A stretch of 64,000 bases of DNA. Origin: Naegleria gruberi (taxonomy: Eukaryota). Location: assembly GCA_000004985.1 (NCBI GenBank), contig GG738859.1; one strand, given 5' to 3'. Shown piece after piece: positions 21,598-34,317 of this stretch (the stretch's first letter is position 1; every line of letters begins with the position of its first letter). Under the pieces are notes generated by a model. The model made no database searches and was not told the DNA's origin. It saw only the letters and a program-made list of their open reading frames with translations. Made by a program: the position numbers and the translations under genes.

Positions 21598-24500
21598 ATG
21601 AGTGAGCAAGAGGATATTCATCAACAAGTAGAAAAATTCTGCTTTCAAGCAACTGAGGCAATTAACTCTAATAATTTAAAGTCAGCCTTTGAATTTGTTA
21701 GTAAAGCTAAAAATTGTATGCCCTCAGACTCTTGGACAAATGAATCGTTCTATGAACAAGTTTTAAACGTTAATCTTTTATATGCCGAGTGCGAGTACAT
21801 CTCTGGCAATCATTCATCAGCAATAGAAATATATCAAAGTATTCTGCCCAACATTGTGGATAATGTAGACAGGCTGAAAGTCAGATTTTTACTGCTAAAA
21901 TCATCATCAGCATCATCCAAGTATGAAATTATGTATGACGAATTTATTGACTTGCTGGCGTCAAATCCCTCAACACATTGTCTAGTTGCTAATGGTGATG
22001 CCTTTACCGAAAAATGGATAGAGTCAACAACAATACAAATCAAGGAAAGCCTTGAATCATATTCAACACTTAGTGATGTATTACAAATGAAAGAATGTGA
22101 GGATGAAGAATCTGTAGCATTTGCTAGATGTTTATTGGAATGTATTCAAGGAGTGTACATAGGAAAAAACTCCAACAAAATCTTTCTCTTTGTAACCCCA
22201 CTTTTATTGTTCAAATCAATGCTAGAAGATGGATTGTACATGGATTTAACTCATACCATCTTAACAGCTCTAGGGTAAGATTATTTTATTAGTATCAATT
22301 AACTAAATATTATAGATGGCAATTTTCTTATTTGGATGACCCAAAACTAGGAAGCGACTTGTCAGAGGTTGGTAGTACCTTAGCAAAAGAGCATCACTCT
22401 ACAGAAGCAAATTTTGCCCTCACAAAGTTTTTCGAATTGTGTATAACGGCTTGTACAGGCGGTCTAGATGATGTTTTGAAGGTTTCGTATGATGCTTTCA
22501 AAATTGCAGAAACAGTTGAGGAAATTTCTTGGGGTGCTCAAAGTGGTTTTGTAAGTTTTAGTTCTTGCTTAAGAGTTTTCTAAATTATTACTATAGTGGC
22601 TTGGATTGACAAGTATTTTAAAAGGTTTTGATAAGGATTCGAATGAAAATCATTTGGAGGAAATCAAGACATTCAACAGAAAATGTAGTAGAGAATTCGA
22701 GAGTGATTTACTGGCTTGTATTGAACAAATTCCATTGTTTTTATATGGAGCAACTGAGAATTTTTCCCCTAGTTTCATGCTTGACGGTTTTGAAGAGATA
22801 ACCTTCTCAAGATTAATAGTCTTCTTTACAAAAGCTTTAATTCATTTTTTCAAGGGTCAATATCAGGAAGCAGCTGAGCAAATCAATGAATCTGATGATG
22901 TGATAGATGACTGCTTTGGTACACCGTTTTACATGTTCTACAAGTGGTTTTCCTTCATTATTTTATCCTCCTTCTATGAAAAATATGATGATATAATGGC
23001 AACCAAAAACCAGAAAAAGTCCAAACTTTCAATAATGGAAGTAATGCTTGGTCCCAATGCCAAAGCTCCAAAAACAATGAAAGAAAAGACATTGGAAAGA
23101 ATTTTAGAGCACGAAAAGGATATTCTTGACTTGCATGCCAAGTATCCTCATTTGATGGCAGCTGCTAGATCCATGTGTTCAGCAGAAGTCACTAAATTGC
23201 ACAATGGAGATAAGGATGAAGTGATTGAGCTTTATGTCAATGCGTATGAAGTTTCTGTGAATCAGAATATGCACCTCTATGCTGGTTTGATCCAAAATAG
23301 ACTGTGTGACTTTTGTGTCTCAAATGAAATAGAGACAAAGTTCATCAAATCATACGCAGAAAATGCAATTAAGACATGGAAGATGTGTGGTGCTCATGCA
23401 ATGGTTTCCAAATTGAATGAGCAATATAAGGATGTACTGACGTTGGAGGTTGGAGATTCTCCAGAGTTTGAAAATATTGTTCCTATTGACTCGATACCAC
23501 TGTCCATTGTTCTATCTAAGCAAACTCAAAGTTTCCTTTCATTCTCTAATTGTGATAGATTGGGAATATTTGTAAAAGAGCCAAACACTAAGGAATTCAT
23601 TTTATTGTGCGAAAAAGAAAAGGGACACGAGGTAGAAATTTTCGACGAGTTGGAACTCTCCCAAGCAGATTTCAAGTTTAGCATCAAGTCCCTTAAGATT
23701 TGTCTAAATTGCAAGAATCCTGTAATTATCTCTAATGCTGCTGGAAGTGACTATACAAGAAATCAAGTTTCTGATTGTGAGTATCTGCAGCAAAACAAAA
23801 ATGTAAAAGAACAAATGATTATTCCACTGATTGGAGAATCAATACTGAGAGGAGCCATAGTTTTTGAGTCATCTGTTGAAGAAACATTCAATAAGAACAT
23901 GCTCAATAATACCAAGGCCCTTGTTGATACGCTTATTGATGGGTTGATAATACAGAATGAACAATTTAGAGCCCAAAGAAAGCTTGTTCCATTGGAATCT
24001 CTAAAACAATTAGGCAAGGATGCAGGAAGTGTACAGTTAGGAGATCATGCCATCAAGAACGCTACCATTATGTGTTTGGAATTGAGAAACTTTACGGAAA
24101 TAATAGAATCAGGACTAAGCTTTGTAAACTTGTTAATAGGGACAATATCTCCAATAATAGAAAACCTAGGTGGATTTATAGAAAATTGTACAGGGCCAAA
24201 AATTGTGGCAGTTTTTACTAATTCTTCATCGAAGGCAGTAAGCGCCTCTTTGGATATTGTAAAAGCTTTGAGAGATTTGGGCAAAAATGTTAATTCAAAG
24301 ACAACTCCTTCAATAGGTATTGGTATCCATTCAGGTAGTTGTTCTTTTGGAGTGGTAGGATCTTCTCAAATGTTTTCCATCATGTATTCCGAATCATTTT
24401 CAATGTGTTTGGAACTTACCAAACTTTCAAACAGCTTGGGAGCTATTGTTGTTTTGACTCAAGATGTTCTCGATAGTCTAAATGCTCAAGAGTTGAAATT

Positions 24501-25089
24501 TAAATCAAGAAAGCTAGGGAAATTTATTTTTGAAAACAAAAAGACCCATCCTTATTCACTCTTTGAAATTTCAGGACCTGATTGGATTGAATACAGCAAT
24601 GATATTTCAAAGAATATTTCTCAACAAGTTGAGGAGTGTATTGACTTTTTTTCAAAGAAGAAGTTTGACAAGGTTTTAACCATCACAGAGGGTTTAGAAA
24701 AGACAGTTAGGGACAAGTTTGATAATAATCCTTCACTCTTAGGATCCCTCCCTCATCTCAAACTAATTCAAATGTACAGAGATCAAAGTAAGCGAAATAT
24801 GAGTGTGACCTCTTTGCTGGGTGATTGGTGCGGAGAAATTAGCATTGATCATTCCGGTAATCCACAACATTTATTCGAGCAATCTATAACATCTGAACAA
24901 GTACAGGTAACCCCAAAGGCAAATGAAGTGAATGAAGACATTGAAAAGAAGCTGAGAAGTTTACAAACTCAATTGGAACAACTAAAGTCAGAAAATGAAA
25001 ACTTGAGATCTATTGCCAAGAATGAAGACTCAGGGATGGGATGTTTTTGTATGCCTAGCAGGAAGAAGATACATCCAACTAATAAATAA
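21598..25089 (+). CDS. helical N-domain / GAF / cyclase-homology-domain protein (class III nucleotidyl cyclase-like, probably catalytically degenerate), 3 exons, ~1134 aa
   Basis: Exons 21598..22274, 22316..22550, 22597..25089 (donors GTAAGA, GTAAGT; acceptors TATAG). ORF-track entries 21478.., 22332.. and 22606.. are one gene. GAF-like region: ..KSLKICLNCKNPVIISNAAGSDYTRNQ..NVKEQMIIPLIGESILRGAIVFES. CHD: ATIMCLELRNFTEI (cf. VTILFSDIVGFT, first metal Asp becomes Glu), LGGFIENCTGPKIVAVFT (cf. hGG.v.K.iGDaymavfG, second metal Asp becomes Pro), IGIGIHSGSCSFGVVGSSQMFSIMYSESFSMCLELTK (cf. RIGIHSGPVVAGVIG..YDVWGDTVNLASRMES). Confidence 0.7.
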
Positions 25090-25103
25090 CAAGTAATTAT
25101 TTC

Positions 25104-26027
25104 TTAATTGTTGTTTTTAGCCTTCTCTGCCTTTTCTAAACCTGTTATAAACTGATCCCAAAGAACAAATTGTTTGGAAATGGTTAAGATCTGTAATTCA
25201 TAATAAATAATAAATATAATTAACACGTTGAAACATACCATACTGTTATAGGCTGATAATTGTTTGAGAATAGTTTCTGCCTGAATGGTGGAAAGATCAT
25301 GCTTTTCCTCCATCGATAAATGAAACTGTTTCAAATCTTCGAGCTTGTTACAAAGTAAGTCCAATTGTTCCCTATCTGAAATCATATCCACAACAGGTAA
25401 TAACTTTTCCAACTCTTCGAAAGACTTTGACATGTGTTCAATCATCTCTTGTTGCTGGTTGATATAATTCAATAGGGCTTCCTTCTTGAGAAGAGATGAT
25501 GGCAATTCTTCCTGAATATTCTCATAATCTGACGAGGTAAAATTTGCATACTCTTGCAAATCCTTTGCTTCCTCAATAAAACTCTCATACTCATAAATAT
25601 TTAAATCTTGTATTTGATCCACAAACTCTTTCACTAGTGGAGTCTCCAAACTCTCAAAATTCTCCTCAATATCCTTCAACTTTTCCAAAAAACTAGGCTT
25701 CTTCTTTTGATTTTTAAATCTATTCCCTATATAATACTCCTGATCAAACTCTTCCCAAATACTATCATTAACATGCTGATGATGATTCGATTTCTGCAAT
25801 CCACCACTGGAATTCAACAAGTGACCAGAATCCCACGTTAATTGTTCCATCGGAAAGAGTCTACACTCCAATTCTCTAATTCTATTCTCCAATTCATCTA
25901 TATTCATTGTTTTATTCAGAACTGTTCTTGTTGAATCATCATCTTGATCTTCATGTTCTACTTCTCTATGTTGTATTTGAGGTTGGCGTTGATTTTCAGT
26001 CATTTTTTTTAAGGTTTTCTTCTTCAT
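25104..26027 (-). CDS. coiled-coil protein (unassigned), 307 aa as continuous ORF
   Basis: ATG 26027..26025, TAA 25106..25104. Heptad-rich acidic sequence. A possible in-frame 48-nt intron (25191..25238, GTATGT..TTACAG) would remove the hydrophobic VCFNVLIIFIIYYELQ segment. Frame alone cannot decide. Confidence 0.5.
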   Translation of the reverse strand: MKKKTLKKMTENQRQPQIQHREVEHEDQDDDSTRTVLNKTMNIDELENRIRELECRLFPMEQLTWDSGHLLNSSGGLQKSNHHQHVNDSIWEEFDQEYYIGNRFKNQKKKPSFLEKLKDIEENFESLETPLVKEFVDQIQDLNIYEYESFIEEAKDLQEYANFTSSDYENIQEELPSSLLKKEALLNYINQQQEMIEHMSKSFEELEKLLPVVDMISDREQLDLLCNKLEDLKQFHLSMEEKHDLSTIQAETILKQLSAYNSMVCFNVLIIFIIYYELQILTISKQFVLWDQFITGLEKAEKAKNNN

Positions 26028-26137
26028 ACAAAAATCAATGATTCCTTATCAAAGATCTTCGTCATCGCGACATGCAGTATTACATTTTAAATTATATAAT
26101 TTTTGTAAAGCGTTTTAAATATATTTAAGGTGCAATA

Positions 26138-27949
26138 ATGAAAAAGACCAAGAATAAAAAAATGCCACCAAAACATCAAAAAAAGAAGGGATTTTACGGA
26201 GGTAAAAAGACTCTCCAAGATTTTGATTCCATCCAGGGAATTTTATTCACCTGTAATGGTACTAGGCAAAAGGAAGCTGCACAGGAAGCTCTCGGATTAG
26301 TAGAACAGGTTTGTTTCTTGTTGAATAATAGTAATAATAATAGAATTTCTTGTTGAATTATTTGATGATGATGAAATTGTTGTTATTATTGCATAACACC
26401 ATTATTATTTTATTTAATAATTTACTAATTTAATATTTTAATGAAAGTTTGGAGATAAATTGGTGGAAACGAGTGATACTTTGCAAAATGATATTTTGGA
26501 AATAATGACAAAGGAACAAGAGAAACAAATAGCTGCTAGTAAAAAGAAGCAAGATAGAATTAATGCGAGAATTTCAAGAGAACAACAAGGTGCTGCCTCT
26601 TCTTCAGTTGATAAAGCAATAATCAATCCAACAACCACTGATAGTAGTTCAAATGAAACAAAGGTTGAACTAGTCCCTACTCCTTCAGAACCAGTGAAAT
26701 TGGAAATTAAATCGGAACAAGATGCTGTAACCAATGTTGCTAGTAATGTTTCAACAATTGTGGAAAAAGTGGAAGAGCAGGAAATTAATTCAACAATACA
26801 GAAATCATCAGAGGATAAACCATTGGAAGGAGTTGCAGCAACTCCTGTTAGTGATTCCGATACAGCAATAGCAACAACAACAAATACTACTGTAACATCC
26901 GAAGTTAAAGAATCACAAACAACCACTACTTCAGAGGAAAAACAAAAATTAACAACATGGCAAATGAAGGAAAAGAACAAACCACTTCCAACTGGTTTGG
27001 ACTTGTCAACAATATTATCATGTGAATATTTGGAAACTGAAGTTAAAATTGTAAAGGATGGAACTAAGAATTACGAATTATTGGAGACTGGAGTGAATGG
27101 TCAACTCTTTGTTCGTATTAGAAATAGAGCTATTTCACCAGTAGCCGTATGTCAAAAAATCTCAAAACATTTCAAAAAGGCATACGATAATCAAGAAGAA
27201 ATTTCCTCTCGATTTTTATTCAAAATGTTCCCAATCTGTGACATGTTCCAAGCCAATGAAAATAATTTAAATAACAGATTTGCAAGTAAGTTTACACAAT
27301 AATTCTTCATTTTGTGACACTCATAGATATGATTGAAAATAAGGTTGATAGGACAAAAGCTGTGAAATATGTAGTTAATATCAAATCCCATCACAATAAT
27401 TCCTTGGACAAGAAAATTATTTATGAAACCATCTCTCAGAGAATGCCTAATGGATCTGTGGAGTTAAACAATGCCACTGTGGAATTTCATGTCTTCCTCA
27501 TGAAGGGCAAGTGTTTATTAGGCATTTCTACTGATTGTGATATTTTCAATTATAACATTAATGCAATGAGACACATGACAACACAAGATGAAATTTTGAA
27601 GGAGAACCAAAGAAATGCAAGTAAACGAAAGGCTACTGAAATGTTAACAGAAACCTCCCTTGAGGTTGCAGATATGATTGAAGTGGAAAATTCCAAGAAC
27701 ACCAATGAGCCATCCGAAAAGGAGGACGAAACAATGGAAGATAACAATCCATCAGCATCCAATGCTACTGAAACCGATTCTCAAATCAATCCAAAGACTG
27801 AGGAAAATGACCAGGAAATGTATGAATTTTTGGAAGAACCAATCGTAGTACCTTTGGTGGAAGCAACTGTTTCTTTACAAGTTTATTCAAAGAGGCGAAA
27901 AATTGAAAATCATCCCTCTCTTGAATTTGACGATATTAAAGTTATTTAA
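26138..27949 (+). CDS. THUMP-domain protein, THUMPD1/Tan1 homolog (3 exons, ~543 aa)
   Basis: Exons 26138..26308, 26448..27285, 27327..27949 (donors GTTTGT, GTAAGT; acceptors ..GAAAG, ..CATAG). N-terminus KKKGFYGGKKTLQDFDSIQGILFTCNGTRQKEAAQEALGLVEQ (cf. THUMPD1 ..GLQGILITCNMNERKCVEEAYSLLNEY). Also VNGQLFVRI..TRFLFKMFPICDMFQANE (cf. RVILRMLPISGTCKAFLED). Confidence 0.7.
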
Positions 27950-28760
27950 TTGATGACAATTCATTTCTTTATTCTTTGCAACAACTGAACAACAAATGAA
28001 CAATATTGTAAAGATTAACATTTTCAGAAATTATTTGCATGAAAAAGGAAAGATTCGTTAACATAACAATACATTCTAGTTGAAGCACTCAGATTTTGAT
28101 ATTCTGTGGCCAGTTCTGTGATCCTTCTGATAAAACATGAATCAGTTAAACACCTGCTTTATCTTTTCTGATACAAATATCTGTACTATTATCCTTACTA
28201 TCTCACTCGGCAACCTCAACCCCATTTTCTCATCACATTATAATTTCCCAAACAAACATTAAGCATATTAAGTTAGGTATGACTTTTGACATTCTACCTT
28301 CCACATCAAATACATTTACCGCCAAGACATTAGACACCTATTATCAAGTCATTGCCGTCCATTTAAATCCTTTATGTGTCGGACCTTAACACGCACCGCA
28401 GAATCTCCAAATATTTTGTGATGAAACATCGTTTAAAAAGCACAAGAAGAAAAAAACGAAACTCTTCCCCGAACGAGCATCAAGCCATAGAGCTCTTTGT
28501 AAATATATTATAGTTGTGTTATTCCAAGCAGCCTGTATTAGCATATATTGTATTATTATTATTTGTAGTAATATTATTATTTAGTATTTAATATTTAATA
28601 TTTAATATTTAAAATTGAAAGTAGGAATAGTCTTTGCTTTAATACAAAACAACAACAACTAATTGTACATTAAAATATTACCCATCTTGATTATTTAGTA
28701 TTAATTAAATATTAAATATATATTTAAACTATTAAAATATAATAGAAGAAAATTAATAAT

Positions 28761-31700
28761 ATGAAGAAACTATTATCAACAATGGGAGCTCACGATTCTC
28801 AACAACAACAACAAAATCATGGAAATTCATCATCAACAACTCCACGAGAACAATTACTTGGTATTCCATTGAGTGGAAAGAGAGCGACAACTAATTTGAG
28901 TGGCTATTCGAATCAATCATCCTCCTCCTCACCAAATACCACAACAAGTGTCAGCAGTAGCAATGTATTTAGTACAAGTAGTTCGATACTGAGTAATTCG
29001 AATAGTGCTGTTTCGTCTCCTCCTCATCATTCTATGCATTTTACAAATCCAATAACTTATCCATCATCTTCATCATCAGCAACAACAACAGGAGGAGGAG
29101 GAGGTAGAAATAGAAGTAACAGCTCCTCTTCAACACATCATCAATATTTGGGAGCTACTTCTCCATCAACCATGTCAACTTCACCACACAATGCCATTTC
29201 TCCCAACACTTTACAAAGTCATATTCAAAATATGCAACAAACAGCAAAGAATGAACAATTACATGCAAAGCAAATTCAATTAGCCAAGATGTATAAATTC
29301 CAATTTGAGGAAATTTATGATAATCATGAAACTAGAGCCCTTTTTAAACAATTTCTTATCAAGAATCAGAACGGAGAAAATATCTATTTTGATAAGACTC
29401 TAGATTCCGAGTATAAACCTCTAAAATCGAATAGAAATAGATATTATATGGCAAAGAGAATAGTAGAGACGTTTATAAAGGAGGGATCTCCGTATGAAGT
29501 GAATTTATCAGAAAAGGTGAAACATGCCTTGTTGAGAGAGTTTGCAAAGGCAAGTGAAGAAAATTGTCCTTTAGATTTATTTGATTCTGTTCAGTATCAA
29601 GTTTTAAGTTCAATGAGAATGGTATGTTTTTTTTATTGATCGATTTGAATTTGAATTTTTATTATTTGATTTTATAATTATTTGATGATTTGATGATTTG
29701 TAATAATTTATTGGAAACTACATAGGATGCCTATCCAAGATTTGTACAAAGTGATGAATTTTTAAGTTTTATTGGAAGTAAATTATTAAATGCAAAGAAT
29801 ATGCATCATAAACTGAGGTTTTTAAAGGCCATTAATGCTGTTAGAAAGGTTTCACCTCTGGAATTATCATCTTCAAAGGCCAATCTCAGAAAGAGTTTGA
29901 ATGTGAAACAAAAAAAGACTGAGGAAGATCAATTGAAGGAAGCTCTAATCATGGACCAAATAGAATTGGAAGATAATGCTCATGAAAATTTAATATTACA
30001 CATTCCTGATGCTGATCCTACATTGACACCTCGATCCTATTATACCTACACTTCTGCACCTGCCAATGGTCAAACAGCTCCATCACTCAATTCTCCAAAT
30101 AATACCAACAATCATGCACATACTCATCAAACATCGGAAATTAGTGAACCTTCTACAATTAAGAGAAGTATGTCAAATTTGATGGGACATTTCTTTAAGA
30201 GTGGCGACAAACAATCAAGTAACGAAAAGAATTCAAACAATAGAAAGAGTACAGCTGCTACTCCAGTTCAACCCTATGTTCATACCACTAGAAATAGACA
30301 TTCTAGATCAGGATCTGCTCTTGGTCTTTCTCTGGGTGAGTTGACAACAAGTAGTAATAGCATTGGAGTTAAATTGCATGACAGCTTACCGAAAGCTATT
30401 CCTCCAATTAACAACTTTATTGTCACACCTGGTAGCGATGATGAACATGACGATGAGGAAGATTATTCCAACAATACTGCCGACCATCAAGATAATGAGG
30501 ATGACGATGACATTCCACTCTCTGAGCACGAAAGAGTTAAAAGATTTGACACCATTCTCAGTAAGAGTAACATGTTTGGACAAAATCATAATCACCATCA
30601 TCATCATCAAGATGAAATGGTTGAAGTTATTGATCCATGGCAAGATGTGGAATCTTACATTTCTGGAGATTCTTCTGACGATGATGAAGATGAATTGGAT
30701 CAAATGGATATTGGAGGAAATTTGGCAGCTATTGCTGGCACTCATGTTAATTCCAGTCCTCTTACACACAATACAATTGTTCCAATTCTTGAAGGATTGT
30801 CGACTCATATAGAAGATCTACAACTTTCTACAAGAGAAGTTGAAGCCATCAAATCTGAGTACATGCACTATGTGGATAACAAGTCAGTATTGGATCTTGC
30901 AACCATTTTGAAACAAGTAGATGAGAAGGATAAGAAAACTAAATCAGGATGGTCCATGGTCAATTTGCAACCTAAAAAGAGAAGACTCGGCAGGAGAAGT
31001 AAATCAATTTCCTCATTGGACCTGATTGCACAACATTCAGTGAAGGCCTACTCTGCAAGATTTGACTCTATTGCCACCGATGATATTACATACATGTTGA
31101 GAAGATCTTGTCGATTGCCTTACAATGCCTTTTCAGTTTTACAAATTTTGGCAGATGAAAGCACGGACGAAAGTATTGTCAATCCGTTATTGACAAGTCC
31201 AGCAGAATATATCGAATTTATTGTTAAGGAAACTGAACATGCCTATGCCTCATTGATTACTTTAGAAGGTGCCAGATGGCCTTGGCCTCTTAAACAACGT
31301 CACTATGTCACCACTGGTACTGTTATTTCTGATATTATCAATGACGAAAAGGATAATCCAGGAAGAAAACGTTATGTCATTATCAAGAGAAGTGTTGTAA
31401 ATAATCCAAAATTGGAAATTACATTGAGTAAGAAGGATAATCCAAACAGAGTATTTGGACTCAAATTAGAGGCCTACTTTATCGAATCTTTCAATACCAA
31501 TGAATGTACATTGACCATGTTCAATGAATGGAAATTCACCAATGCCAACAAGTGGTCCTTCCCAACCAAACTCTTTAGAAAAACTCTGAGAACCTTCTCC
31601 ACTGATTTCCATCAAAATTTAATTGACAGATTATCGAGCTCAGCTGGTCATCAACCAATTTCCTATCATGAATTCATCAGCCATACCAATACAGCTCACG

Positions 31701-31993
31701 ATGTCTCTCCAAGAAACGATCACACTCTCCTCCACACACTCTTCCGTAATCAAGCTCTATCTCCATATAAGAAGAAGGAGGAAATTAAGGGTAAAGTTCA
31801 GAGTGTTTTCAATACATTATCCCTGATGAGATTATTCGAGTATGATCTTCATGAAACTTGTCGAATCATTGAGGAAAGATATCACAATTCAAGTGCTACT
31901 ACACCATCTGATGATAATAATCAACATCTTGTCAATCCTTCCATTCACATTGTTTCTGAAGAATCATCTCAGAAACAAACAAAAGTCTTGTAA
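28761..31993 (+). CDS. RGS (regulator of G-protein signalling) domain protein with long low-complexity N-terminus and ~700-aa C-terminal extension (2 exons, ~1042 aa)
   Basis: Exon 1 28761..29621, intron 29622..29725 (GTATGT..CATAG), exon 2 29726..31993. The RGS domain spans the intron: FEEIYDNHETRALFKQFLIKNQNGENIYFDKTLDSEYKPLKSNRNRYYMAKRIVETFIKEGSPYEVNLSEKVKHALLREF..FDSVQYQVLSSMRM|DAYPRFVQSDEF. Confidence 0.8.
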
Positions 31994-32442
31994 AAGACAT
32001 TATCATTACCAACATATACAGGTTGTGCCAACTTACATTGGTTTTCAACAGTCAATTATATCCCAAATTAAATATTTAATCCAAGAGCAACAACAAGGGA
32101 TTATTCAATATTAAAATATGAGAATTAAATAATTGTTAATTTATTCGAATCAACGTTTTTCAATGGTTGTTAAAAACCGTATTGGAAATGGGCGGTAAGA
32201 GCAAGCAAATAAATTTGCAACGCACGTTTAAATGTTCTCCCAATCTTCACAAGTTAAAAATAAAATTAGATCAAAACCAAAGCAAATCGTGATGATGGGA
32301 AGTCACGAATTTGCACAAATCTATTTTTTCACATGTGAAACATTTTGCATTAAGCTATTTAAACTGACTTTAGTTTCAGCACCATTTCTTCCAACACAAA
32401 AAAAACAAATACAACAACTGAAACACTCTAATCACGTTCAAT

Positions 32443-33549
32443 ATGCAAACAACTCAACTCACTTTCGATCAAATTAAATCCTCAATTCTCGTCTCTTTAG
32501 ATAAGAAGAAATCTGATCAACATTGTAAACTTCTTTTCGAACAACTTGTTGGAAAGTTTAAATTCAGAAATAACAAATATACCTTCTCGGGATCATATGA
32601 TCTTGCACAGTGGCTGGTTCTCTCTTTTGATTCAATGATTAAGGAAGATGAAAAGTTTTTCACAGAGATTGTCATTCCTATTGTTGCCTATATTTCAATT
32701 GTGGATGATGCTTGTGATGAGAACATGACTCTTTCGTCTATTGCAGAGATGAAAGAGCACTGTAAGATATTTAGAGGAGAACCAGTTTATGCTTCTCACC
32801 AAGCTCTCAAGATGGGACAATTTGTGTATAATCTTATCAAGGGAGAAAGATTCGAATGTATAAGAAGAAAGGTTTTGGAATTCCTGGTGACTGGAACTAA
32901 TCTAATTGTAAAGGCAAAGCAAGAATGTGAAAATGTCACTAAAGAAACATTGGAAAACTTTTTAGAGGATAGAAGAATTGACTCCATGGCATCACTTTTC
33001 TTTACAATTAATAATTTCTTTAAGAATATTCAAGAATTTGACAGATGCGATACTGTATCCACTTTATATAATCACAAGGCAAGTGACACCATCAGTTTAT
33101 TAAATGATGTTGCCTCCATTGCAAAAGATACCAAAAAGCAACTTGTTAACAATTATGTAATATTGAATAAGGGATTGAAAGAGAACTTGACATACACTCA
33201 ATTGAAACAACTCCCAATTGAAGCATTTGAATCATCCCTGAATGAAGTTTTAGAATTAATCAAAGACAATTTACTCCAAATGCAAACAATCAAATCCTCC
33301 AACCCATCCTACTCCACTCAATTCGATTCAATCGATGAAGTCATGAAGGGATATTGTACATGGTGTATCATTTCCAAAAGATTCCAACTTGAAAATCATC
33401 TCCTTCCTGAATATCATCCAAAGATGACATCAGGTGAGTTGAAGCCAGCACAAAAACCATGGGCTGATGATGATATGGATACTTATTTTGTTGATATTGA
33501 AAAATTCAATGAAGAACTTCTCCTCACTTTCAGAATATTGATGCTGTAA
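32443..33549 (+). CDS. class I terpene-synthase-like protein (microbial-type TPS fold candidate), 368 aa, single exon
   Basis: Asp-rich motif IVDDACDE (DDxxD/E) at ~aa 88. NSE/DTE-like motif LNDVASIAKD ~125 aa downstream. All-helical composition and a size typical of microbial/amoebal TPS. Assignment is by motif spacing only. Confidence 0.45.
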   Translation: MQTTQLTFDQIKSSILVSLDKKKSDQHCKLLFEQLVGKFKFRNNKYTFSGSYDLAQWLVLSFDSMIKEDEKFFTEIVIPIVAYISIVDDACDENMTLSSIAEMKEHCKIFRGEPVYASHQALKMGQFVYNLIKGERFECIRRKVLEFLVTGTNLIVKAKQECENVTKETLENFLEDRRIDSMASLFFTINNFFKNIQEFDRCDTVSTLYNHKASDTISLLNDVASIAKDTKKQLVNNYVILNKGLKENLTYTQLKQLPIEAFESSLNEVLELIKDNLLQMQTIKSSNPSYSTQFDSIDEVMKGYCTWCIISKRFQLENHLLPEYHPKMTSGELKPAQKPWADDDMDTYFVDIEKFNEELLLTFRILML

Positions 33550-34068
33550 TCACACTTGCCTTCTCACTTGTACAATTTTGTAAAATATCTCAGTGTAAAT
33601 AATAAATATCATGTAATTGAAATAATTAATAATTATAATTTGACAACTTTCCAGAGAAATTCAAGGAAAAGTGAGTGAAAACTTGGAATGAATATAAGCC
33701 TGTCAATAATGGCTCATTCAAATACAATGAAGTTTTCAAATATTTCATCATGAACATTAGTAATCATGTTGCTCAATCAGAAGAACAACGCGAGAGAGCT
33801 AATAAACTTGAAAGAATAAGGAGTTCCAATAGAAGAGAGTTGGGTCTTTGCAGATGTGATGAGAGTGTGATGATAATCTTGATAAATGTAACGCTTGTGT
33901 TCTCAAGAATGCAGAGCAAAAGAGAGTTCCTGTCTTTTGTGTTATGGTATTCCATTGATGATGAAAAGATGTAAATATTCTTGCTTAATATTAAATAACA
34001 AGTGGGTGAAAGATAATATTGATTATTGAAAAACTAAAAGTGAATTGAGAAAAGATCCAAAAGTCAGA

Positions 34069-34149
34069 CGCAAACTGCAGGATTTGAACCTGCGAGGGTT
34101 TCCCCACGAGATTTCGAGTCTCGCGCCTTAACCTCTCGGCCAAGTTTGC
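34069..34149 (-). tRNA. tRNA-Ser (CGA)
   Basis: Reverse complement: GCAAACTTGGCCGAGAGGTTAAGGCGCGAGACTCGAAATCTCGTGGGGAAACCCTCGCAGGTTCAAATCCTGCAGTTTGCG. It has a 3-bp D-stem, anticodon loop CTCGAAA, a long variable arm, T-stem GCAGG/CCTGC and discriminator G. A TTTT run follows on the minus strand. Confidence 0.85.
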
Positions 34150-34317
34150 TTACATTAAGATTTGAAAAATTAGCCTTGTGGGAGGTATAGCACGGTATTG
34201 CCTTAATAAAAAACAAATGTTTGATATCATCAACTAGATAATAAACGTATTTATCGAGAGCCTACAAGAAAGAATCAATTCAAGTCTTTAAATTTGTACA
34301 CAATTTTTTTTAATAAA

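Noticed and set aside
25191-25238. Intron in the coiled-coil gene
   Set aside because: The candidate GTATGT..TTACAG intron is 48 nt and in-frame, so the sequence cannot decide between spliced and unspliced products. Reported as the continuous ORF, with the intron only as a note.
33675-33974. 99-aa ORF between the terpene-synthase-like gene and tRNA-Ser
   Set aside because: No motif, no homology-like features, and it is overlapped by an antisense ORF. Likely non-coding intergenic DNA.
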